Below are positions 1 through 15,300 of a stretch of 64,000 bases of DNA, piece after piece. The notes below the pieces were generated by a model that saw only the letters and a program-made list of their open reading frames with translations, was not told the DNA's origin and did no database searches. The number at the start of each line of letters is the position of its first letter. The stretch's first letter is position 1. This DNA comes from Tubulanus polymorphus (Eukaryota; Animalia; Nemertea): contig NC_134031.1 in assembly GCF_964204645.1 (NCBI RefSeq), positions 20,281,910-20,345,909 on the forward strand. Direction: 5' to 3'. The translations under genes were made by a program, and so were the position numbers.

Positions 1-360
1 GAATATTAAACCTCGATAACATAAATTTTTCAGTCTTCAAAACCAAATTGATAGGTTCTAGTCGTTGGCGACTTATCCAAATAAGGGCTTACACTTTGAT
101 ATAATAAATACACAAAACTCACTGGACTCAAAAATAGTGACAACTTTAGTAATGTGAATAATCCAATCACTAGGTCCAAAAGCGGTCATAAATGTTAAAA
201 CTATTCTTTAGATTGGCTATAGAACTAAGATGGTCTTAAATCTAAGCTATGACTGCGCCACGAGAAAAAATCCTTAAATCAAGATAATATAAATCACATA
301 TATGTATCTGTACATAAGAATTATTCCTTCTTTACTATTCCTTAATTCAAATTCTTTTAC

Positions 361-3300
361 CTTTTGAGCCGAAGCGTCTTGATCGATGGCAAACAGAGCA
401 GCTTCCAATTCTTGCTGTAGTTCGTCGTTCAACCGGCGAGAATCTTGTAAATCTCGTCTCAACGAATCCGCGTGAATCGACGACGATGACGCCCCGAAAC
501 CGTTATCGGCATCGAGACAATTTTCACCGGGTATAACATCTCTTCCGAATTGCGTCTACAAAAATGGAAAATATCGAAATGCTGATTTATTCAATTCTGA
601 AAATCTCACCACATTCCCTTATGAGTGCATCCAGTTCAGTGAGTCCAAAAACTCAAGTCATAAAAATATGAAAGATACATTTTGGATTATTTTACTGGGG
701 AATTCCTTGCAAGTGCTTTCCAGTTCGCGCCAAGACTGAACTGAATTCATAATCTTGGCTAGGCAGGAGTATCACGGTAAATCAATAAGCAATCAAATTT
801 GTGATACTAAGCGACAAAACAGTCGCTACAAAGTTGCATTCAATCTCGCCTATTCAGTCTTAATGAATCGGGGATTAACAAATCAATATCAATTACGAGG
901 TATTTGTATCGAAGTTAATTCAACCCTGACGTTGCTAGATTTAATAGAGAATTAATTGGCTTAAGTGTAAAGTCAGGTAATCAGTCGTTAACATTCGCAA
1001 CCGCGCAACAAAACCGCGTAGAAATAATGACGTGAAAAGTTTCAGATGAATTCCTCCTTTTCAATGACACAATTATATACCCGGGTAAGCTTAAATATAT
1101 ATAGGGAGGTTGCTTTTTTCCTGACTATTCCCTGACATGCACAATGTTTTCTCTGACTTGATCTTCTTAGAATCCAATCAACTAACGCAGTCTAATACAA
1201 CAGGGCTGAATTTGTCTAAGTACATCGTAAGTCCTCTTATATTCATTCGAAATTGAAAATTCATTGAAAAAAAGAATATCGAATTCATTTCTGATAATAC
1301 GCCAATGAAATAACGATGACGAAGAAAACCACGTGGCCTTCGGACTACGGCGTGTGAGACAATTTTCACCCTTAATTCAAAATTTCACAAAATAAACGAT
1401 TCAACTTACGAAAGCGGCATCGAGTCGTTCGCGCAACGCCAGATTCTCTTCTTCCAGCTTCTTCATGACGACTTTCGCGTGCGCGAGTTCGCGTCGTAGC
1501 TCGGCCGGAGACAATCCCGTTAAGCTCTTACCGATCGTCTTTTCGAGCTGCGGGTCGGCGTACTTCTCGGGCGTCAGATGAATCGACGCGTACGTCGTGA
1601 AGTTCGATAAACCGAGCAGTGGATATTCGGTGTTCGTCGCGCCGGACGATCGCGACGACGCCCCCGAACGCGTAAACTCACGCTCGAGTTTTTCATTTTC
1701 TCCCTTTGTTTCATCGAGTTTTTCCTCCAGTTTTATGCGTAATTTCTCATTGTTTCGCAGACCTTCCTCGTAACGCACGCGTAAATCGTTCAGTTTCGAC
1801 AACTGTTCATCGAACAAATGCTGGTTTTGACTGAAAATCAAATAAGATGCAGTAGAATCTCAAGTCTAGATTTTATTGAAAAGTCAATTGAAAAAAAATT
1901 TTGAAAAAAAATGAGAAAATTTTATTCGTGAAGTTACCGGTACTAATAGGAAATTAACCACAAACTAGGGTTTTACACTACATTTTTAAAAGTCTCAGAA
2001 TGCTCTCATGATTGTATGTATGTATATACCTGTTGAATTCCGGTTGATTCATGTTCGTATAAACTTCTTTTTCTTTGATCAACGTTTCTTTCAAACGACC
2101 TGCTTCGGCTAACTGATCCTGAAGCAACTGATGAATCTAGAATGAAATCAGAATTTTCGAATCAACGTTTAAAAAGAATTACTGGCAAGCAGTGGATATC
2201 ACGCGGATGGCACATCTCAATTGTTACTGATGTTGCAAATGCGCATAAAGGGACTCGAGAAAGTATTGAAGAGAAATAAGTGAAAAATCCGGGCCCGGTT
2301 TCATAGACTGAGTATCAAAGTTATCCCTAGGGATAAATCCTCAATCTGGGTGACAACCATTGTAGTAACAATGAGAAACCATGGTTATAACTGACAAATT
2401 TCAAAATGTTCCCATCGACTACCTTTCTTCCACCTCTATGAAACCCAGCCCTGGACTCGATCCACCTACTGCGTGCTAGCACTAACTAGCCCATCGCATC
2501 TAACTGCTGACAATCGTGTTTTCATTATTAAACCTAACTGTTATTACCCTTAAACCTTACTCACACCGTATTCATAGAACTTTATTCTAAACAAGATGAG
2601 GTCGGTAAAATAGCTTACATGAATATGAGTGTCTCCTCCATTAGTCGTTATTTTCTCAGCAGCGCTTTCTTTTTGAGGCAAATTCAACTGCTCCTTTAGT
2701 TTAGCCTGAAAAAGGGAATATTCACAAGAACATTCGAATGCTGAATGTATCAGTTTTTTAGGCAATTTTGGAAATAAGAATTTCAAGAAGTCTCACCAGT
2801 TCCTCCCTGGCTTTTCGGTCTGATCGCAGTGCTTCGGTTAACAACTAAAATAGACAACGATGTTTCAAAATACTGGAACATTTCGAAAGCACGATTCGTG
2901 AAACGTTTCGCTAACCTGATTTTTCTTGTTTAGTTCCTCACTAAGATCGAGCAAGTCATCGGGATGGTTTTTGGACAGACGTTCCAGGTTACTTTTCAGC
3001 CGAGTGATCAAACCTTCAAAACCGATAAGTAGCACAATGTTCACATGAACTTTTGAAAATTAAACTGCTAATACACTGCACCGCATTGTATCGATTTGAT
3101 TATAAAACGGCAGCAACTCAAACATTGTGTAATATAAGAAACTAATGATACACCGTACTGCGGTGTAGATGCACTATAGCGGAATGCCCATTATACAGCC
3201 CCAACCATTCAAATTATCTCAAGTGCTTTACGGTAAGAATTGGTCAGCACTGAGAGTTATCAAGTTACCTATCAAACATTTACCAGAATGTTAAAGATTT

Positions 3301-6300
3301 AAACAGGGATTAAACTCAAAAAGCACCCAAGCTATAAAAGCAAACCGGTCCCTATATTTTGCAAGGGTTGAAATAGAGTTTACCTTCTTTCGTTAACAAG
3401 TCATTATTCAATCGATCGACTTCGTCGCGCAGGTTTTGAAGCTCGGCACCGCGACTTGAGCTCGGTCCGCCGTGATGACGCATCGATTCTTGTAACTGGT
3501 AAAACATTCTGTCCTTGTCTTTGCTGCTCTCGACGAGGGCCTAAAAACGAATGATTACAACTACGATTTAATAAATTATCAAAAATTAATAAATTGGAGT
3601 AATACTGAATATACGAAGATCATGAATACACATAGAGCTCGGCCTCATAGCATTCAAACTGAAGTTGATTGATATATTACAGTTAAAGAATTCGGATTCA
3701 TTGTTTTCTCAATATCAGTGTACCTCGATAGTTTTGTCTTTTTCTTTCAAGGCAGACCTCATTTTATCCATCATGATCTGGTGTTGTTCTTCCATCCAGT
3801 TACAACGACTTTCCAAACACTGAAACAGGAAACATGGAATTCGATATTTTGCGTCTGGCAGACAACATTGAAACATAACTTGTAGAAACATTCAGCTTTT
3901 AGAAGAAATAATCCACTTTGATAGAGCGACATTTCAGAGGACCCAATTACACAGTTATTAAACTTAAGGTTTCTGAAGTAAAGCTGCTTCAGCTAGCAAC
4001 AATGCATAAGAAACGGATGATTTGTCACTTTTCAGCAGCAAAACAAGAGCAATTCCGTAAAGCATTTTTTTTGTACCTGGTATTCATATTCTCGTTTATT
4101 CATATCCGTCTGTTGTTGTTGTAAACTCTTGTTCAATTTTGTCAACTCTTCATCATGCGCGACGCCGAGTTCCTAGGTATCATATATCGCATCGTAATAA
4201 ACCAACAAGTTCTTCAAACAATTTAACCTCTAATTCAATGAGGTCTTTTCAGCCTCCCATATTCAATCAAAAACAATGATTTCATAAGAGATTTTCTAAG
4301 CCAATAACAGAAATAATAAATGCAGGAATGCAATAATTTTGATATTCTTGGAGCTACCCCTATTGATACTGTAACTTTCTTTTTACCTGATTGTCCTTGT
4401 CTTTCTCTTGGAGTTTGCGAAGAAAATCGTTTGTAGCCTTTTCGTGGTCGACCGCCGTTTTGTTCTGTTCTTTAACCATTTCCTAGTAACAGTAAAAACG
4501 TCGCGTATGAATTTTGCAACTCATTCCATGATTAATGAAAGCAGCAGACAGCAGCAGACAGCAGACAGATCTCATTCATCATCTGTCTAAACCACAACCA
4601 CGGAACCAGTTCCTCTCTATAAATCATTTCCTACCTCAAGCATTCGATCCCGGTCTTTAATCTGTTGGCGTAACTGTTCTACGAGTCCATTATTTCCGTC
4701 TGTTGAATTATTCAACATCTCCTGAAAAACCGATTTATGTCTAATGTTTAGAATAACAACCAAATACTAAATCAGTGATAGAAGCTGAAAAATGTTCGAT
4801 CCACATTAAGGTGAAACTCAAGGGTTTGATATATAGTTAAGAGATATCTTGTAGTTACGAATTTACCTCCAAATATTTCTCTTTGTTTGCGATTGATTTC
4901 TGAAGTTTTTTGATGATCGCGTCTTTTTCTTCGATACAGTGAACGTGATTGTCTTGTAATTCCTGGAAAAAATCACAAATAAAAGAATTTTAGTCTTCAT
5001 GTAAAACAGGACATTTTCAACCCTCCAGATCAAAGAATTTCCCTCATCTCACCTCATACGCCCTCTGTTGAGAACGAAGCGCATTACCCAGTTGTCTGAT
5101 ATTTTGTTCTTTTTCTTTCGCTTCTCTTTCTAACATCTACAAAAGCAATTCATGTCTTTATTTCATCAAGCAGCCAACAAGACTGATCTTAGGTTGTAAG
5201 ATTAGCATCAGGATAAAGATGTGTTCAGGTACTTGGCCATAGAAAACCAATTCGAAACCTAGCAAGATATTATATTTTTTGAAAACTATATACTTACGTC
5301 TATAGTCTCCTCAGCGTTCAACAAAGCCTCGTTTGCGCGTTCGATATCTCTGTCTTTTTCTCGTAACGCCGACTTCAACAAACGGATTTCATTATCTCGT
5401 TCTTCCAATGATTTAAAATGACAATTGGCAGCTTCCTAAAAACGAACGTTCGAAACTATAGAAATGACAATTGTTACATATGACTTACTAATACCCTGAA
5501 GTGCTGGAGATGATCTGAAAACTGGAAATATGGCATATTGCTATAGTATGTCTACACTGCGGTACGGTGTATTGTTAGTTACTAATATTTCACTATAGCA
5601 GGCTCTGCCATCTTTCGATGGAGGTAAAAACTAATAACTAATCACATCAATACACCGCTATGCATTGTAAATCGCAGTGTACTTGCGAAGTTCATCGTTG
5701 ATTGACATGCGCTGAAAATGTAAAAAACGTTTCCTTTTTTCGCGTACCTCCAAAGCTTTCTCTCTCTCCTTCACGCGTTCGCCGAGATTAGCTATGATTA
5801 CGTCTTTGTTTTGATCGTTCGGTTTCGCAACATCTCGCATCATTTCGATGTACTGTTGTAACTGATTGTCTTTATCCTGAAGTCGTTTGGTCAACTGCTG
5901 CACAAGTTTGTCCTTACCTTCCAGTTGGCGATTACTTTCATCAAGCAACATCTGTGCACAGAAAAATGCCATTTAAAATGAAAAGAAACATAGAAATCCA
6001 TTCTGCCATCTTAGGCACAATCCCTTTATATTTCTAAGTTGCAGTTTTATTTGGGCCCGAGTCTGATTTGGCTCAACCTTTAAACCTAAATATCAAGGCG
6101 TACCCGATATTGATGTTCAAGTTCGTCGGCTTTTGATCGCGCTTTTCTCTTCTCGTCGTCTAGTTTATCGTCGAGTAGATGAGCGTCATCCGTCTGTTGT
6201 TGTAACGCGTCCTTCAATTGGCCGGTTTGTTTTCGCAGCTCTTCCAGTTCGCCGTCTTTCTTTTCATTGAGCCGAGCTAGATGCTGTAACGTGAGTAAAC

Positions 6301-9300
6301 AGACCGTCCAAAATTACCAGTCACTTAGGTGCACTTAAGTGGTCTTAAGTTTTAAGACTCATCGTCATCTATTAGATTAGCTATAGAACTTAAATCTAAG
6401 CCATTAAATGTGCAACTGGCCTCAGGTTCTTACCTGATTTTCGAGGTTTTTCTGATGAACTTGATCCTCTAAGTCGGCCAGTTCAGTATCTTTGTTCATC
6501 AGTTTCGCGTCGACATTTTCCTTATGCTACAAAGTTTTTTGAATACGTTATGGAGTTAAGTTGAAATCATTTTAAAAGAGTTTTCAAATTTCAGCTCAGA
6601 ACTGTCAAACTGGCTGTGAAACAAAGTACAAGAAAACATTGAGATTACCTTGTATTTCGACATTTGAAATGAGTGAAGATTTGTCTGCGCTTCGTTCAGC
6701 GCAGTTTCCATCTGTTCTAATTTTTCGCACAGTTCTTGAACCTTAAAATATTTCGATGCATGTCCCGAGTCAGATTAACCACTCTAAATTAGAGTTGGAT
6801 CTAAAACGTTAAAGATCATACCGACCTCTTTGCCTTTATCATGCAGGGCTTGAGTTAGACCTTGTATCGCTCTGTCCCTTTTCTTCACGTTGTCCTTGTT
6901 CAATTTCGCCAATTTATCGTATTCCGTCTTATTCTGTTTTGCAGAATCCTTCAAAGAGAAATTTTCTTCTTTAAAACAAATCAATAATTGATGAAAGGAT
7001 GAAATTGAAATAGGTCCATAAAACATGCAGACATTAAGCCACTGAATAGATACGTATTGCTACGTCAGCAGCGCTGGATTTCCATGATTTTTTTCTCTAG
7101 GGGCCGGTTGTGCAGTCATAGCTTAGGTTTAAGACCAGTCTACAACCATCTTAGTTCTATATCCGATTTAACAACTAATAACCAGTCTTAAGATATAATA
7201 TCACTTATTGACTTTACTTCACAACTGTGCAGAACTTTTGATACCTAACACCTAGTAAGGAAGGCAAATGGATGTCAAAAATCATTCAAGCAGATTCAAT
7301 ACTAGAAAGCGATGATTTGTAGGTAGATTTTTCAGCCACGGTTACCGTACCTCTTTAACGACGGTGATATCGTGTAATTGTTCTCGTAACTCGCCGACGA
7401 GTTCGTCTTTATCTTTCATTTCGTTCGTAAGCTGATCAAGGACGATCTCGAGCTCTTCGATCCGTCGATGATGTTCTTCGGCGTCTTGTTCGTGAATCGG
7501 TTCGAGTTCATTCGACGACGTCTGCAAACAGAGACCGAAATAACATTTCTGTCGATTCCGCTACATAAGGTAAGTATGTTATAATTCGGTAACTTTGAAA
7601 GCGCCGGTCATGGAACTTAGTAGCTCTCGCAGGCCCTGCTGTCCTAACAGACCACACGGTGCATGACGCATCTAACTACAACCAAATCAATGAAGAAATA
7701 GAATAAAAAAAGATTTTAAATCTCTAATAAATACCTGACATTCGGCGTCTGTTTTGATCATCTGCTGTTGTAAATTCGCGATACGCAGTCGTAGTTCTTG
7801 TATCGACGTCGCGTTATCGGTTTCTAGTTGTTTTATTCGTTCGTCTTTTCTGAGCAGCTGCTCCTGCAGTTCGGTTATAATCCTAAACAAAGCCATTATT
7901 ACAACAATAATCACATCAGTGTTAAACGAAGTGACGTGAAGAAAGTGAATGCGAAAGACACAGCGCGCTAGTATAATATAATGTCATGTATTCACTGATG
8001 ACCAACCGTAAACTACTAATATTTACTCGTTAAACAATAAGGACAAACTTTCTAAACCCAAGCATTAACGTAATCATGAAAGAAAATTGTGAATTTCAAA
8101 GTTTGTCTCACATGTCTGAGAGGAAGTCATTGGCCAAAATCGGAATAGTGCGACACTATCCCAATCCTATACTATGTTGGGTCTAGTTGTTCTGATGGAA
8201 GAAACTGCTTGAATATAAATTTTTTCCGATTCAAAGAGTTTATTGAAGTTATCCAAATATTGAAGTAAGATCTTAATCCATTAATGTATTAAACTGTAGA
8301 AACGAAACATAGAGTTTTGAATATTCATTCACAAAAACACAAGTGCTCATATTCTCATTACTCGCTAAGGTATTTCTTTCCAATCTTCTAAATTGACCGA
8401 TCTAAGCTACAGAAGGTTGTAAATTTACCACAAACCTCAACCTCTAAGTCTTGAAATACGAGGAGATTTTTAGAGAATAGTCTAGACCATTGAAGTATGT
8501 CAAAATGATTTTCTAACCTAATTTTGATAATTTGAAAAAAAATTCTTACCGCTCTTTTTCCTGAGCTGAGATGATTAATTCTGCCTTCTCGGCTTCTAAT
8601 TCATTTCCCTGAGACTCGCCGCTGCCTTCACCATCTCCATGTTTCCCTGAGATGATCCGTTCGCTGGCTTCTTCCAGAGCCAAACGCAAACCTTCACAAT
8701 CCTGAAAGAGAATTTCAACAATTCATCGCATGAACAAGAAAACTAACGTCACGTAAAAATCTATTGACGCTTTGGAAAATCATATACAATATATAATGTT
8801 TGACAATGAATATGATATAAACAATATAATATTAAGAATCATAAAATAAATTTGAATATATCGACAATTGAATTGAATTGACCGGCAACCAGTCTAGCCC
8901 CAATATTGATTACGTAGTATACATATCCTCTCAAAGATTCATTATCAAAAAGGCATGAAAATTCTCCATCAGATCACAGAATCAGATAGAGATGGATTCT
9001 ACTCTATCCTATCATCATCCATGTATAAATTTCTTACCTTTTCGATATTCGCAATTTTCGCGTTGTAATTTTCTTCTTTAACACGAAATTCATCTTGTAG
9101 TTTACGTCGCGTTTCGGCTAAGTCGGCCTGCTGTTGCACGTTGATGCTCTCCAAAGCAGCTCTAAAAAAATTATCGAAAAAAAGTTAATTCGAAAAAGTG
9201 CATCACATTTACGAAACCGAGAGAGGATGCAGTCAGTGTTCAGTGTTACTTACGAAGCTTTTTTGAGTAATTCTTGTTTCTCTTGAACTTCTTTTTTCAA

Positions 9301-12300
9301 ACTTTCGCAGTCGACTTTCAGATTTATATTCTGAAAGTTGAATCACACACCATTAAAGTCATTCATCATAGAATATCGAGTTTAAGCCGCGATCACACAA
9401 GCATTTTTGGTCCGGGTCAAATTTGGCCCGGTCAAAGATGTCAGGCCAGGTGCGAGCCAAATTTTGGCACGGGTCAAATTGTCTTTGCATCATCACGGCT
9501 CTAGTTGTCAGTCAGGTCTATGTATTATAAGCTTTGATTTATTCGTAAATTACCGTTTTAAACAGTTCCTCGTCTCCAGTATATCGGTTCTGCACTTTCT
9601 CCTCGAGGAAATAAATTCGCAATTTCAAACTGAAATTCTCTTTCTTCAATTCGGCCAGGCCCTGAAAAAAAAACAGCATTCATCAGACGCACCTTGACAC
9701 CATTTTCTGATTGGAGACGTCCTGCAGTTCAGGTCACCATTCCGCGATACGGTGCTGCTACGGGTTAGGGCTAGTTTAGGGAAACTAAAGCTAAGCTGAA
9801 CTTCAATTATTGTGATTTAATTTGATTACAGCCTAAATCTTAACTGAAATCCAAGTTAGGCTGGAAGGGTCCCTGACCCTGGACTGAAAATTTTATGATT
9901 ATATCTTAGATATCTTCTGTCAGGGGCTGATTCTTTTCAAGTGGTTCCACGTGGCACTCATCAACAGCAAGACACTAAAATTCGAATCCCCTACTTACAT
10001 CCCTGCAAGTAGGGCATTGCTGTTGCTCCTCAAAAGCCATCTTGATTTACTTTTTATGATTAGGTATTATCGTGAATATATTATCGCTATAGGCTAGTAA
10101 ATGTCAACTATAGTATATCTAAGAGTTAACAGACACAGCGAGCGCTATCATTCATTTCAAATTCAGCCAATAAAAAAGGGTACATAAATTCAAGCGATTG
10201 TTTTCATGGTTCATTGAATCGGCCAGCAAGTCTTATACACGGCGCCGATCATGGATTAAGCTTGAGAATTTATTCACAATCGCGTGTAATAATATTATAA
10301 TACGGTGAACACGTTACGAGTCATTAATTCATAACAGCCACTGAACCATTGTACGACTACGGAGGTATACAACATCAGTTTTTATATATCGATACAGCGC
10401 TCTATATCATAATGTCTTTCTGGGTTCCGTTTATTTTTTATCGTTTCACATGTCAACACTTTGACAGGTGAAACGATGAAAGTGTTTTTCAACCGGGACG
10501 GCTCTAGTCATATCTCTAGTTTAACGCGCGTAACTAGTAACTCAAACACGGAAAAACAATTAACAAGCTTCTCAACCGTAGATTGGAAAATTCTTACGCA
10601 GAGAGATTTTGATATAAAACATACAAATCAAATTCATTTCAGAGTTTAACCTTTTTACGAATCAGGATACTGCTGAATGCTTTAAGGTGTTTTGATATTA
10701 GAAATTTAATTATTTTTTCGTTATTGAAACTGGGACACTGAATGAGTACACCGTGTAAGATACTAACCTGGTCATATTCTTTCATAGTACGGGCGCGTAC
10801 GGGCGACATACGCCCGCTGTTAGCCTTCGTCACCGCTGAAATATAAACAACAACATATCATCATCTAGTGATGAAACAAGTGAAAATAGTGCATCGAGTT
10901 TTGTGAAGCTACATATTTTTTTTTCTCGAGATATCTGATCTTTATTTACAAGGAAATTATAACCAAGTTATACAAGTTATCCATAGCTATCCATGATTAA
11001 ACCACATCCTCCTCCGCGACAGGGATTCGAACCTGAATGCATCGCTAGATTTAGCCGCGGCACGAAACCCTTTCACACTAGACCGGGTGCGCAGGTTTCG
11101 TACCGTGGCGAGTCTCGATGCCATCAGGTTCGAATCTCTGCTGGGTGAGGAATGATCAAATCTTGGAACAACCATCCACTTGGTCGGAACTGATACTCGT
11201 TCTGTGGACTCTTACTAGGAATTGATCCATCAGGATATTCGAGGTGTGAACCAAATGATACATCGGCTAGAGATTCCGGTTGTGACCTGGAACAAAAAAT
11301 ATCACTTTCAATGATCGATGATGTGCTGTGATTAGAATGCAGAGTTTCGTACTGCACATGGGTGACCCCCATGGGCTATAGCGCCCTATTCATGGGCCTT
11401 AGTGCCCTATCTCAAATGAGAAAAATACTTTTTACTTCATCAATTATGCAACGTTTCCACTATGACAAAAATTGAGACTTGAAAAATAGTACATTATCGA
11501 GAAGGACGACAGCTTGATCCTCTAAGTATAACGTTAGTTCGTACTATTTGGCCCTTTTTGAGAGAAATTCAAACCCCCACTTAAAATATCCTGGGTATTG
11601 TCCACATGCAGCAGCAGTCTAACAATAATTTAAGGTTAAATCCCTGCGAGGACAATGAGTTCCGAGATACATTGAATTGAAAACGATCTATAGCATATCT
11701 CAAATAGATTGAGATCTGGATTAAACTGATCTGGATTAAGTAGGTTTGACTTCGTGATACAATAAATATACTATAAGTAATGATGAAAATGACCATCAGC
11801 ATCTGGATAAATGATCTGGCCTGCGCGAGCTTTAAACAGAACCTTCAAGAATATCCAACCGGCATGCACAAAATAGTTACACAACTTCTAGGGATGGCAC
11901 CGCCAAATTCATTTTCATCTGATTTATTCTAATGCAACTAAACTCTCACGTTTAAACAATAATAGAATCATTAAGCAACTCACATCTCTAAAAGTGCAGG
12001 AAATATTTCAAATGCTGCCTACTGAGTGGCTCTTACAGGAGTATATGTATATTTTTTTCATTTTAATAATTGATGCGGTATCTGACGGTATCTCTGACTG
12101 TATCTCTGACTGTATCTCTGACTGTATCTGTACATGTTGTAAACGCTAATGAAATCAAATACATACTTTATTTTAACACATCCCCATTTTATCGGCTTTT
12201 CTTTCACGAGGCTGTTTCATAGTTAATGAAATTGGACGAGTGCACTTTACTAACCGGGGCCTATTCAATCAGCATCGGACAATATATCAAATATGTTAGT

Positions 12301-15300
12301 TTTTGATGCAGACAAGTCACTGATTCAGTTTATAAAGTCGCTCGTAGCGCTTGATTTCAAAACGTTCAGGTCCTCTTACAGTTTTTCATCAATTGCGGGT
12401 TTTATTCATCAATCGATATCAAATATGTTGAATATTTTGCCTCAGTTCGCCCAGGGCTAGTAGTGTGCTAGTAGTGTGCTAGTAGTGTGCTAGTAGTGTG
12501 CTAGTAGTGTGCTAGTAGTGTGCTAGTAGTGTGCTAGTAGTGTGCTAGTAGTGTGCTAGTAGTTATCATTGGCCTGGCAATAACCGCAAAATTGTGCGTC
12601 AGGCTTTACAAAGATATTTCATACTAGACTCTGTGTAACTTGGTACACATTACTGCAAAACTCTGAAAAGTGCTATCAGTAACAAATTGAATTTTATGTC
12701 AGTAACGCTTCATTGAAATATGAAAGAAATGACATTAAGACCCTCATTAAACCCTCAGTAACATCTTATCGATCGCAGACGATTCGATCGGATCCAAGTG
12801 CAACCAGAATTTGGCTTCATATCTCTACAGTCATAAACGTAGTCAACAATTTGTTACATATGTTCTACTACTCTACAGGTATTTCAATAAATATGCGGTG
12901 ACCTCATCATACACGGTTTAAGGACGAAGATAAGGAGACCACTTATAAACATTGCTGGTAAAATCAAGAGAATTTACATAACATAGATTTCCTATACTAA
13001 CAGGTTTGTTACAGGTCAGCCCTGTATTGAATTGTTTCACAAATACTGACAGGAAATACTGATGTGTCACCGTTTTAATTAGTCATGATGCTAATTTAAG
13101 TACCTGGTAGTACACATGAACACACGTGAACTGATCTCTCTAGGGAAATTAAAAGGCAATGGAAAATTCTCGGATACACGAAGAAGCATTCTTTTAAACA
13201 TTTTTCTTAAGAATTAATTCGGATCAAATGAAAAACCTTTCGTATAGGGTAGATTGAGAAACATATTTTTGTTAAATTTGAAGCAAAAAATAAAATTAAA
13301 AACGAATGAGTGAAAATATAAAAATAAAATAGCAATAACCGAACAATAATGGAAAAAAAATGTTCATTTAAAAAAAAAAAAAACTGTCTTCACTCGGAAC
13401 CAGGAATTCTTTTCATCCTTCATTTCTTAGTTGAATTGAATCAAGCCCCAAACAACCAAATCAGTAAGGTCCCTAACTGTCATGGGTCCCTAAGGTAAGG
13501 TCCCTAACTACATGCTTCATAAGAAGAATAACTCAGGGTTGTGGGGGTTGAAACTGGAGGGTTCTTCCACGCGACGCAATCTTCTCCAGTTAAGCCACAA
13601 AAGTTTAGAATAAAGAGCAGTTGAGACCAACCGGATCTTGAATTTTTCAAAAATTCTTGGTTCATCAGGAGCGGCCGACTAAACGAATAGTTCCAATCAG
13701 TAGGGGGGGGGGGGGGGTACGTACCTGTATCGACGCATCTTAGAACTCTATAATACCTCACCAGTCATCACCATCACAGATGGATTAAAGTTTCCGCGTT
13801 ATCAGTCACTCTATCCTCGATAATATATAATCAATAATATTGTACATACTCTATACAGGATTCATCTATAGAGGAGACACGCTAACTGGATCCTGTTGGT
13901 TGTCCGTAGTAATATACATCCATCTATTCAAATATATCGCTAATTCGCTTTCAGTGCGAGCTGTCAAACGACTTCATGTAATCACAGGAGGCTGAAATTT
14001 CAACACCTCTCAACTCTAACCCGCAGTGAGTCGAACTATTCGTATGTATATAGATATGTGTGATACATTCGTAAGTACTGACAGACCGATCGACCGATGT
14101 GCCACAAAACTCTGAAAAAATCCACTAAGTTCAACAGTGTTTTTATCGCTTGAGACGTTGTTTTCAACTTGAGATAAATCTACTCGCGTTTTAAAAGTGT
14201 TTCGTATCGGGTCGTAAGATAAATCCTTTTAGTCACATTTCATTATTGCGACAACACGTCGACCGAATGAAAATACCATAACTAAACTAAATACTCTACA
14301 TCTAAATAGAAATGATCGCAGTCAACGACAATTACTGGAGTTAAGCATTCGATAGAAACCGCGTTAAAAATGGAATTTCAGAAATCCAAAAACTAACGAA
14401 TCACTTAAATCATCGCACAGAAGCCAAATCCAGATAAGTAAGAATGATAAGATCCAATTCCTCCAGTGAGTACCAGTAGAATTTCAGAAATACCGAAATA
14501 GATCTTAAAATGTCCCGAGAAATTGTTGTTGGCGGCAGACAGTAAGGTAACCTCGAAGTACAAAGATCAAGACAGTAACTATAAACTGCATATACGAAAT
14601 CAACGTGATTTCCAGTCAGTGAGTTCAATGATTAATTAATATCACAGCGCTGATAGCCTCTCATAAATAATCAATAACCAATTGTCGTAGTATGAAATTC
14701 CAATCGTTTCGAAGGTAATAAACTTGTTTTAGTTGTGGCTTTATCGAATGAAGGTCTTCGCGCCATCGCTACGAGTAAACATGACAAAACTAGAATGAGG
14801 GGCACCCCAAAATAAACCATATAATTTAAAGGGTACCCCTAAAGGAAGCTCATCGCAAAACATCAACTCATTTCTAGAAATACAGAGAACAAACAAAAAT
14901 GAATTTAAACTGTTTCACGTATCAGTTTAATATCTTTAATTTTACCGTAAAATTTCAGGGCAACTATTTTGATTGGGTTTTAATTTCAGGGTTTTCAGGG
15001 AAAATTTTATCGATAAAACTTTAGTCACAAGCGTGGAATTTTCATTTTCTGTTTCAATAAAAGATCGCGATTGCTATCGGCTTATGTGGGTTCCGACTAT
15101 TCAGTTGTAAACTTTCTTCGACGATAAGATAATCGATAACCGCTTAACAAAGTTCAAATATGAATGTTATGGTTTGGAGCCTTGATACCTGCGCGAAAAC
15201 CAAAATAAGGATTCGGTGAAGAATACCATCGAACAGACAGATGCCACAGATGAACACTAAGATTGGACAAAATATCAATTTAAAAAAAGGAGAAATTATG

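Noticed and set aside
13615-13675. Third hammerhead on minus strand (CTGATGA-ACCAA...TTGGT)
   Set aside because: The GAAA core is absent (CTCAAC follows helix II). At best it is a dead relic.
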